A program made the translations under genes and the position numbers. From Candidatus Omnitrophota bacterium (GTDB lineage Bacteria > Omnitrophota > Omnitrophia > Omnitrophales > JACQLI01), in contig JACPCP010000021.1 in NCBI GenBank assembly GCA_016179745.1, positions 1-59,102 on the forward strand: a stretch of DNA of 59,102 bases. The letters run 5' to 3'. The stretch's first letter is position 1. Each line of letters opens with the position of its first letter. Shown here one piece after another: positions 19,046-26,323 of the stretch. The notes below the pieces were generated by a model. The model saw only the letters and a program-made list of their open reading frames with translations, was not told where the DNA came from and did not search any database.

Positions 19046-19324
19046 CTACTCGTCCTCCTCGTCCTCCTTCAGTGCTTCTTCCGAACTGTCCTCGTCCTCA
19101 ATCAGGCAGAGGACTTCGCCGAGCGCCACCGACTCTCCTTCATCGTAGTAAACTTCGGTCAGGATGCCGGAGGCCGGCGCCGAGAGGGTCACGGCGCCTT
19201 CGTCGGTCACAAGCTCGACGATCTCATCCCCCTTGGTCACGGCGTCTCCCTCTTCAAAATACCATGCATGAATTGTCGCCTCACCCATTCCTTCCGGAAG
19301 GCTCGTCAAAGTCACTTCGGCCAT
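19046..19324 (-). CDS. Stand-alone lipoyl-domain protein, lipoyl Lys replaced (TDEG)
   Basis: GDAV..GDEIVELVTDEGAVTLSAPASG.L matches the lipoyl-domain fold pattern. Acidic tail. Directly downstream of lipA. Confidence 0.85.
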   Translation of the reverse strand: MAEVTLTSLPEGMGEATIHAWYFEEGDAVTKGDEIVELVTDEGAVTLSAPASGILTEVYYDEGESVALGEVLCLIEDEDSSEEALKEDEEDE

Positions 19325-19326
19325 TT

Positions 19327-20196
19327 CTAATTCCCCTGAATCAACTCCGCCAAATGATATGTCTCGGCCGCATGATAACTGGATCGCACATAAGGGCCCG
19401 CATAGACTTCCCTAAATCCCATCGGTCTTAGGGTATCGGCCAAACGCCGGAAAACTTCGGGGGAAAAATACTCCGAAAGCGGGAAGTGCTTTTCGCTCGG
19501 CGGCAGATACTGCCCCAGCGTTAAAATCTCGCATCCGGCCTTCTCTAAATCCCGGGCCGCCTCCACCACTTCTTCCTCCCGCTCCCCCAACCCCAGCATG
19601 AGCCCGCTCTTTCGAAGGATCCCGGGATATCGCTCCTTCACGGTCTCCAGCACCCGAAGTGACCGTTCGTAACCGGCCTGCGGTCTCACCCGGCGCTGCA
19701 GCCGGGCCACAGTCTCAAGATTGTGGTTGAAGACCGCCGGCCCCGCCTCGCAAACCTTTTCGATCAATTCCTCCCGGGCGTGAAAATCAGGCGTCAGCAC
19801 TTCAATTTCGACTCCAGGGACGTTTTCTTGAAGCGAGCGGACCGTCCGGTAAAAATGCCCGGCGCCTTCGTCTTCCAAATCGTCCCTCGCCACGGAAGTC
19901 ACCACCACGTAACGAAGCCCCAGGGCCTTCGCCGCCTCAGCCACCCGCTCCGGCTCTTCCCGTTCCACCTCGTCGGGGCGTCCGGCCCCGATCGCACAAA
20001 ATCCGCACCGGCGGGTGCAGGTGTTTCCGAGGATCATGAAGGTAGCGGTTCGGCGGGACCAGCATTCACTTCGGTTCGGGCAGAGGGCCGACTCACAAAC
20101 GGTATTCAGCCGGTTTTGTCTTAAAATTCCGCGTGTTTCAAGAGACGAACGGGCGGGCAGTTCGCGCCGCATCCAGTCCGGGAGACGCCTCATCAA
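19327..20196 (-). CDS. lipA: Lipoyl synthase
   Basis: CESALCPNRSEC and CTRRCGFC cluster motifs, VVTSVARDDL, NHNLETV, KSGLMLGLGE, VRSSYHA. Confidence 0.97.
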   Translation of the reverse strand: MMRRLPDWMRRELPARSSLETRGILRQNRLNTVCESALCPNRSECWSRRTATFMILGNTCTRRCGFCAIGAGRPDEVEREEPERVAEAAKALGLRYVVVTSVARDDLEDEGAGHFYRTVRSLQENVPGVEIEVLTPDFHAREELIEKVCEAGPAVFNHNLETVARLQRRVRPQAGYERSLRVLETVKERYPGILRKSGLMLGLGEREEEVVEAARDLEKAGCEILTLGQYLPPSEKHFPLSEYFSPEVFRRLADTLRPMGFREVYAGPYVRSSYHAAETYHLAELIQGN

Positions 20197-20250
20197 CTTA
20201 ACTCATCATGAAATAAATAGTTAGCCGAAATTTTCCTGTGAAACGGGCGC

Positions 20251-20278
20251 ATTTTATCAAATGACCTCGGGGTGTCAA
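20251..20278 (-). promoter_or_regulatory. Sigma70-like promoter upstream of lipA
   Basis: TTGACA (20278-20273), 16 nt spacer, TAAAAT (20256-20251) with an extended TG. Confidence 0.55.
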
Positions 20279-20286
20279 GGGAAGAT

Positions 20287-21621
20287 TTAAAAATTGATTT
20301 TCTTTGCGAGCTCTTGGGCGACCTTCTGGAGGATTTCGCTCTCTGTGGGGTGCGGATGAACGGTTTCAGCGAGGTCTTTGACCGTGAGCCCGAGGCGGAT
20401 TGCGAGTGCGGCCTCTCCGATGAGTTCGGTCACGTGCGCCCCGAGGGCGGAAACGCTCACAATCTTTCCCGTCTTCGGGGAGGCGGCCATCTTCAGAAAT
20501 CCTTCCGGCTCTCCTTCGACGTGCGCCTTGCCGAGCGACGAAAAAAGAACTTTGCACGACACCGTTTCCTCCGGACGGACCTCTCCTCCTCCCTCTTTGA
20601 GACCGACGCCGGCGACTTCGGGATCGGTGTAAATGGCGCTCGGAATGGCCCGGGTGTCCATCTTCAGCTTCGGGCCTTTCAGATTATCAACAACCCGGAG
20701 CCCCTCGGCCGAGGCGCCGTGGGCAAGACCCGTGGTCCGGTTCGTGACATCGCCGATCGCAAAAATTCCGGGCGTTGACGTTTCCAGGAACTCGTCGACG
20801 GCAATCGCTCCCCGATCCACTTTGACGCCCGCCTTCTCGAGCCCCAATCCGCCGATGTTCGGTGTGCGGCCAACGGCAATCAAGGCGGTATCGGCTTTCA
20901 GGATTTCTTCCCGGGTCACCTTTTCCCCGGTGCGAATCTTGATGCCTTTCCGGGTCAAGATCGATTCGAGCCGGCGGCTGATCTCTTCCTCTTCCGTGGC
21001 AATGATCCGGTCCAGCATTTCCACCACGGTCACTTCCGTGCCGAGGGCGTTGAAAAACGAGGCGAATTCGACACCAATCACCCCGCCTCCCACAATGAGA
21101 ATTTGCCCCGGGACGGTTTTGAGCTCGAGGACGTCGGTCGAAGAAAGAACTTTTTTTCCGTCAAAGGGAACGCCGGGAAAGGGGGTCGGGGCCGCTCCGG
21201 CGGCAATGAGAATATTCTTCGCCTCGATTTCCCTTTGGCTCTCGTTTGAACGGACGAGAAGACGGCCCGGGCCGGCAAAGGAGGCCGAGCCCGAGACCCA
21301 CTCGACCCCCGATTTCTGGATCGCTTGAAGCATCCCTTTCCGGAGCGTTGCAACAATTTGATTCTTTCTCGCCACGAGGGCAGAAGGCTCCGCCGACACG
21401 TCCGAAGCTAAGAGTCCATACAGCCGGGCATTTCGAATCCTTCCAAGAAGACGGGAGGAGGCAAGAAACGCCTTCGTCGGGATACAACCCGTGTTGAGAC
21501 AGACCCCGCCCGGATCGGATTTTTCAATGAGAGCGGCCGAGTAGCCAAGCTCACGGGCCCGGAGTGCGGCTTCGAATCCGCCCGGCCCGGCGCCGATGAC
21601 GGCCAAGTCATAAATAGGCAT
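20287..21621 (-). CDS. lpdA: Dihydrolipoamide dehydrogenase
   Basis: IGAGPGG, GGVCLNTGCIPTK redox motif, GGGVIGVE, AIGD, C-terminal HPHPTESE. Confidence 0.95.
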   Translation of the reverse strand: MPIYDLAVIGAGPGGFEAALRARELGYSAALIEKSDPGGVCLNTGCIPTKAFLASSRLLGRIRNARLYGLLASDVSAEPSALVARKNQIVATLRKGMLQAIQKSGVEWVSGSASFAGPGRLLVRSNESQREIEAKNILIAAGAAPTPFPGVPFDGKKVLSSTDVLELKTVPGQILIVGGGVIGVEFASFFNALGTEVTVVEMLDRIIATEEEEISRRLESILTRKGIKIRTGEKVTREEILKADTALIAVGRTPNIGGLGLEKAGVKVDRGAIAVDEFLETSTPGIFAIGDVTNRTTGLAHGASAEGLRVVDNLKGPKLKMDTRAIPSAIYTDPEVAGVGLKEGGGEVRPEETVSCKVLFSSLGKAHVEGEPEGFLKMAASPKTGKIVSVSALGAHVTELIGEAALAIRLGLTVKDLAETVHPHPTESEILQKVAQELAKKINF

Positions 21622-22279
21622 TCAATACCTCTTTCGGAATCCCAATGTCTGCCACCGCAATTCGTCCGGTCACCTCCGGCCCTTCACCTTCGTAAAACCC
21701 TTTCTTCGGCAATCCCATCGTCACGGTCACCGTCGCCCTCACGCAATCTCCGAGCACTTGTCCCGTGTCCGCATGAAGACCGGAAGGAATGTCTGCGCTG
21801 ACAACTTTCTTCCCTTCCCGATTCAACCGTTGAATCAACGTAAGATAGGGTTCGCCGAGCGGCTTGTCGAGCCCGACCCCAAAAAGGGCGTCAATGACGA
21901 CCTCCGGCCCCTCCAGCATTTGGGGGATCGTCTCCCAGGCGAAATGCTCACCGATGATTCGTGTGGGGACCGAACGTTTGGCATTCTCGACGAAATTCCG
22001 GGCCGGGTCGGCCTTCAATTTTTCCCTTTCCGAGAAAAGAAGCACTTCGGCATGATAGCCCCGGTCGTGAAGGAGGCGGGCGGCCACGAGTCCGTCTCCT
22101 CCATTGTTCCCCTTCCCGGCCAGGACCAAAATTTTCTTCGGGGGCGGTCCGGCCAGTTGAGCGGCGGCCTGGGCCACGGCCTCACCCGCCTTCTCCATCA
22201 ATTGAAAACTCGGGATTCCAAACTCCTCAATCGCCCGGCGGTCGATCTCCCGCATCTCGGCGGCGGTCACGGCACGCAT
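21608..22279 (-). CDS. nnrE: NAD(P)H-hydrate epimerase (YjeF N-terminal domain)
   Basis: LMEKAG, GKGNNGGDG, IDALFGVG, ADIPSG, VADIGIP. Confidence 0.93.
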   Translation of the reverse strand: MRAVTAAEMREIDRRAIEEFGIPSFQLMEKAGEAVAQAAAQLAGPPPKKILVLAGKGNNGGDGLVAARLLHDRGYHAEVLLFSEREKLKADPARNFVENAKRSVPTRIIGEHFAWETIPQMLEGPEVVIDALFGVGLDKPLGEPYLTLIQRLNREGKKVVSADIPSGLHADTGQVLGDCVRATVTVTMGLPKKGFYEGEGPEVTGRIAVADIGIPKEVLNAYL

Positions 22280-23610
22280 ACAGATTCCAGGGCGCCGACG
22301 AACGTTTCATTTTTTATATCGAGGAGCGTCACGGTTTGAAACGTTCCGACCAAGTCTTGAGCTCCATCAAAGACAACTTTTTTCTCCTGAAGGGTCCGGC
22401 CCAGAAGCTGGTCCGAACGCTTGGGGCTTCGGCCTTCCACAAAGACTCCCACCTGGCGTCCCAGCCAGGAACGGTTCTTTTCACGCTCAATTTCTTTTTG
22501 CAGACGAAGGAGCTCCTGATTCCGCTCTTCCTTCACCTCGTAAGGGACATCGTCAGTGAGTTTCGCCGCCGGGGTCGTTGGACGCACGGAATATTTGTAA
22601 ATGTAAGCGCCGTCGTAACGAACCTCTGCGAGCGCCCGCTTCGTGGCCTCGTAATCTTCCTCGGCCTCTCCTGAAAATCCCACAATGATGTCTGTGGTAA
22701 GAGAAACATCAGGCGCAAGTTCCCTCAGCCGGTTCACCTTTTTTTTGTAATCCTCATAGGTGTGAAGCCGTTTCATCCGTTTGAGAATCCGGTCCGAGCC
22801 GGACTGGAGCGGGAGGTGAAAACGCCGTGAAATTTTAGGATTACGGGCAATGGTTTGGAAAAGTTCCTCCGTGGCGTCAGAGGGGTGCGACGTGGTGAAG
22901 GAGATCCGTTCGAGGCGGTCGATTTGACAAAGCAATTCCAATAATTGCGGGAACGCGACGCCTTCTCCTCGATATGAGTTTACATTTTGTCCCAAGAGTG
23001 TGATCCACTTCACCCCTTCACCCACCAGGCGGCTCGCCTCCCGGTAAACCTCCCTTGCCGGCATCGAAACTTCGCCGCCTCTTGTGACGGGAACGATGCA
23101 AAACGTGCAGACCTTGTCACAGCCCGTCATGATGGGAAGCCAAGCGTGGAGTTTTGAGGTGCGGCGGACGAGATCGGTGTATTCAATCGAAATTCCGTCC
23201 TGTTTGATTCGTGCGACTTGTTGCCGCCGCCGGCGGACCTCCTCGATCAAGGACGGAAGTTCTTTGATGTTTCTCGTCCCGACCATGAGATCGAGCTGAT
23301 GAAAGCGCTTGAATAATTTTTCCCGGTGCTCCTCCACCATGCAGCCCATGAGGCCCACAATCAGTTCGGGCCGTGTCCGCTTCACCTTTCCCAGCATTCC
23401 GAGCCGGCTAAAGACCCGCTCCTCGGCGTGTTCCCGAACCGAGCAGGTGTTCATGAGGATCACATCCGCATCCCCTTCACCCGCAATTTCAAACCCCGCC
23501 GCTCCCAATATTCCCGCCGCCACCTCGCCGTCATACTCATTCATCTGACAGCCGAAGGTGTGGATCGCTACCTTCAAACTTTTCCTCTCGTCTAACTTCA
23601 TAAGGCCCAT
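22267..23610 (-). CDS. miaB: tRNA-2-methylthio-N6-dimethylallyladenosine synthase
   Basis: TFGCQMNEYD, NTCSVRE, GCM, GCDKVCTFCIVP..RG, LQSGS, TDIIVGF.GE and a C-terminal TRAM domain. Start is 23610 or 23601. Confidence 0.96.
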   Translation of the reverse strand: MGLMKLDERKSLKVAIHTFGCQMNEYDGEVAAGILGAAGFEIAGEGDADVILMNTCSVREHAEERVFSRLGMLGKVKRTRPELIVGLMGCMVEEHREKLFKRFHQLDLMVGTRNIKELPSLIEEVRRRRQQVARIKQDGISIEYTDLVRRTSKLHAWLPIMTGCDKVCTFCIVPVTRGGEVSMPAREVYREASRLVGEGVKWITLLGQNVNSYRGEGVAFPQLLELLCQIDRLERISFTTSHPSDATEELFQTIARNPKISRRFHLPLQSGSDRILKRMKRLHTYEDYKKKVNRLRELAPDVSLTTDIIVGFSGEAEEDYEATKRALAEVRYDGAYIYKYSVRPTTPAAKLTDDVPYEVKEERNQELLRLQKEIEREKNRSWLGRQVGVFVEGRSPKRSDQLLGRTLQEKKVVFDGAQDLVGTFQTVTLLDIKNETFVGALESVCVP

Positions 23611-23710
23611 ACTGCCTTATCTGTAAGCAGTCCCGAGGCGGGATGCGCCGAGGGACAGCCGAAGGTGTGGATCGCTACCTTCAAACTTTTCCTCTCGTCT
23701 AACTTCATAA
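23547..23710 (-). repeat. 57-bp perfect direct repeat of the miaB 5' end with a 50-bp hairpin-containing spacer
   Basis: 23547-23603 is identical to 23654-23710. The spacer has TCCCG-AGG-CGGGA and CTGC(C)TTA..TAAGCAG hairpins. Confidence 0.92.
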
Positions 23711-23796
23711 TATCCATTTGTCCATTTGTTGCTGCCGTTTGGTGCCACTTCCGGAAGTGTCGGGTCTCATCTGAACCCGGAACTTTTGGAAGTGGT

Positions 23797-23840
23797 ACCA
23801 ATCTCACCAATCTCCACCAATCTCCAATCTCATAATCTCA
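23797..23840. repeat. Short tandem repeat of AATCTC units
   Basis: Five AATCTC copies with ACC/C/AT linkers between miaB and abiEii. Confidence 0.8.
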
Positions 23841-23888
23841 TTTTTCAGCTGCCGATAAAATGCCGATAGACTGCCGTTAAAGTTTTCA

Positions 23889-24629
23889 TTAGCCGGGAAG
23901 ATTCCTCTCGATTTCGGCGGTTAAAACAGTCTTGAAATTTTTCAAAAGGCCGTACTGGCTGGCGGGCAAAAACCGCTTGAGTTCGCTTTTCGCATCCAGT
24001 TTTGTTTTTTCCACGGCCTCCAGAAGTTTCGGCTTCAACGATTTATCTTTCTGAAAAACTTCTTTAAAGGCCAGACGGCTGCGCAAAATGAAATAAAGAT
24101 CATAAAAGTCCCTTGGCTTGGCGCGGGTTAATAGAGCGGCCACCTTTTCGTGAACCAGAATTTTTTCTTCAAGGTGAATAAGCGTGAAGGCCGGCAAAAA
24201 TTCGGAAGGGATAAGGGCGGTATCCCCCTTCGCTTTTCCGGGTGCTCTTAGGGAAACTTCGAGCTGGATCTCGCCCCGGTTTCCCTCCCCCTCGAATTGG
24301 AGTATTGAGAAATAACCGCCCGATGTCTTTTTGGCTTCGTCGATCTTCACACGGATTCCTTCTCCCTCAACTCCCACCAGTGTTTTTTCGAGAACGGACT
24401 CAATCGCGTGAATACTGGCATGGGTCCCGGTAAAATCCAGATCCTCCGAAAAGCGGGGGCTTTGCCAGACGACTCTCAGAGCAGTCCCGCCCTTAAAGAG
24501 CAGATGATCAGCGTCCTTTTGCCGGTAAAGATGCGAAAGAAAAAGGTGCTGGAAATATTCCCGCACGATATTATCCGCCGGCGTTTGATGACGATCCGCC
24601 AATTCACGGACCTGTTTGGCGTCGATCAT
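23889..24629 (-). CDS. abiEii: AbiEii-family nucleotidyltransferase toxin (type IV TA)
   Basis: LLFKGGTALR..W..PRFSEDLDF, EK..ALL.R.KPRDFYDLYF. Confidence 0.9.
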   Translation of the reverse strand: MIDAKQVRELADRHQTPADNIVREYFQHLFLSHLYRQKDADHLLFKGGTALRVVWQSPRFSEDLDFTGTHASIHAIESVLEKTLVGVEGEGIRVKIDEAKKTSGGYFSILQFEGEGNRGEIQLEVSLRAPGKAKGDTALIPSEFLPAFTLIHLEEKILVHEKVAALLTRAKPRDFYDLYFILRSRLAFKEVFQKDKSLKPKLLEAVEKTKLDAKSELKRFLPASQYGLLKNFKTVLTAEIERNLPG

Positions 24630-25228
24630 AAAATCTCCCTGACAAGCTTCACAAGACTTTCACGGTTAAAGAGACGCGCATAACGAAGCGCTTCTTTCGC
24701 ATTCACTTTATTCACCCTCAACCGGTCGTTCAAAGACTTCAGCCTGAGATCAATAAAATAACAGGTGTCGACAAGGGCTTTTTCGGGCACGGCCATTAGC
24801 ATTTTCACTTGTCCTTCTTTCACGAGGCGGTATCCCGTATAGGCACTCCTTTTAATTCGCGAGTATTCATAGTTTTTACCCTGGACTGTAAACTCTCGCG
24901 TAATCTTCGTGGTGACAGAAGTAACGGTGTAGACGGTTTCGGGAATCAACCGGTAATAGGCAAGCGCATACTCCAACGAGACGTAGGAAGGCTCATAAAG
25001 GCGGTTTGCGATTTCAAGCTCGTGCGGCGGCTCAGACCTTAAGGCGTAGAGACCGTTGCGAATCTTGGTAAAAAGGTCGCGATTGTGATCCTTGATGAAT
25101 TCCTGGGCAGCCCGCAGGGTCACCCTAAATAGACGACGGAATTCCTCCGTGGAGAAAATCCGCATCTTCTTCCGGCTGAGTCCGCTCAAAGCCTCAAGGA
25201 CATTAAGTGATTTCATTTTTCGCTCCAT
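24626..25228 (-). CDS. abiEi: AbiEi-family antitoxin/transcription regulator
   Basis: N-terminal wHTH ending KIRNGLY, IANRLYEPSYVSLEYALAYY.LIPE, A.PEKALVD. ATGA overlap with the toxin gene. Confidence 0.88.
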   Translation of the reverse strand: MERKMKSLNVLEALSGLSRKKMRIFSTEEFRRLFRVTLRAAQEFIKDHNRDLFTKIRNGLYALRSEPPHELEIANRLYEPSYVSLEYALAYYRLIPETVYTVTSVTTKITREFTVQGKNYEYSRIKRSAYTGYRLVKEGQVKMLMAVPEKALVDTCYFIDLRLKSLNDRLRVNKVNAKEALRYARLFNRESLVKLVREIL

Positions 25229-25253
25229 ATAGCGCTAAAAGTGAAACGGCTAA

Positions 25254-25282
25254 ATTCTACTGGAAAACGCGCTTGGGTGCAA
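25254..25282 (-). promoter_or_regulatory. Sigma70-like promoter of abiEi-abiEii
   Basis: TTGCAC (25282-25277), 17 nt spacer, TAGAAT (25259-25254). Confidence 0.6.
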
Positions 25283-25292
25283 GATAGTTCTT

Positions 25293-25333
25293 AAAAGAAA
25301 AAGGGGCCAGACCGGTGAAGGTCTGACCCCTTT
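25293..25333 (-). terminator. Rho-independent terminator after the His-rich protein gene
   Basis: AGGGG-x-CAGACC / GGTCTG-x-CCCCT stem followed by TTTTTCTTTT on the minus strand. Confidence 0.75.
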
Positions 25334-25351
25334 GGAAGAGCGAAAGACGAT

Positions 25352-25858
25352 TTATGCGGCAGCCGGGACCGGAATCCGGTTGTCGAAGTCGTCGTAGGTG
25401 TAACGGGGCGTCCCGTTATCCTTATGGATGCGGACATCCACCACCTTGAGGACTCCCGCCTGGTCTTCCACATCGAAATCCAGGTCCAGAAGGTCTCCCG
25501 TCTTGACATCCTTCATGTCCGTGCAGGAGTAATAATAGTCGCCGGTCTTTCCGACACGCTCGTGCACTTGAACCAGCTCAAGCCGCCGGGTTTTGTCCGT
25601 GCGCTCGTCGACAATCTCAAAGGCGCCTTTTGCGGCTACGTCCCCTGCAATGTGATCCCGAATGGTTTGACGCAGCATTTCCGGAGCGGGCTCTGCCGGC
25701 GTGACGGCTGCGACCTCTTCTCCGCCATGCTCAAGGGCGCTGTGTTCCTTGCCCCCATGTTCTTTGCCGCCGTGTTCTCCACTCAAAACAACCGCCGGCT
25801 GCACCAAAATCAAACTCAAGGCAAACGCAAAACCTGCCAACGCACCCAATGACTTCAT
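25352..25858 (-). CDS. Exported hypothetical protein with EHGG repeats (168 aa)
   Basis: Start reassigned to ATG 25858 behind a GAGGAAG RBS-like sequence. Signal peptide MKSLGALAGFAFALSLILVQPAVVLSG, then EHGGKEHGGKEHSALEHGGEE. Confidence 0.8.
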   Translation of the reverse strand: MKSLGALAGFAFALSLILVQPAVVLSGEHGGKEHGGKEHSALEHGGEEVAAVTPAEPAPEMLRQTIRDHIAGDVAAKGAFEIVDERTDKTRRLELVQVHERVGKTGDYYYSCTDMKDVKTGDLLDLDFDVEDQAGVLKVVDVRIHKDNGTPRYTYDDFDNRIPVPAAA

Positions 25859-25871
25859 TCTTTCTTCCTCC

Positions 25872-26263
25872 TTAGTTTTGTAGGTTCCTGAAGTAAAAAT
25901 CCTTTTGAAGGGTAGCCTCTCCTTCGGAAAGCGGCCTTCCATCCGCTTCCACATAGGGGTCGATAAAAATATTCACCCCAGCAGTGGTAGCCCGGAATCG
26001 GGCCCTCCCCTTCGGCCGGGATCGTAAAACCGATTTTGAAACGTGAGGGAATTTCTGCCGCATGAGCAATCGAGATAAAAAGCGAGTGGAATCCAAACCC
26101 GGACTTGCCGGGCTGTTTCGGGAAAACCGGAAAGGACGGTGTGATAGGTAAATTGAAAGTGTCTGTGAACCGGGAACGGCTCATTTTGAAGGCAGCTTCT
26201 GACAAAATAAGCTCCCGCCATGACACTGATTCCAAGAAGAATAAGACCCAGAATTTTTTTTAT
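25872..26263 (-). pseudogene. Transglutaminase-like protein pseudogene (ATA start, two internal deletions)
   Basis: Three frames carry consecutive family pieces: KKILGLILLG...RHFQFTY...VRVWIPL; FHSLFISIAHAAEIPSRF.IGF...IPGYHCWGEYF; NIFIDPYVEADG. GGAGG RBS precedes ATA AAA AAA ATT. Confidence 0.75.
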
Positions 26264-26323
26264 TTCAGCCTCCGGGGCGGAGGCGACACGTTAACACGCA
26301 AATCCGGCAGGTGTCAATACGGC

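Noticed and set aside
20700-20960. Shortened segment in LpdA (KVTREEILKADT) as another deletion
   Set aside because: It is in frame, all catalytic motifs are intact, and it is within plausible natural length variation. Cannot be judged without an alignment.
23547-23710. 57-bp repeat with 50-bp spacer as a mini-CRISPR
   Set aside because: The repeat is the miaB coding start, there are only two copies, and it has no CRISPR-like palindrome.
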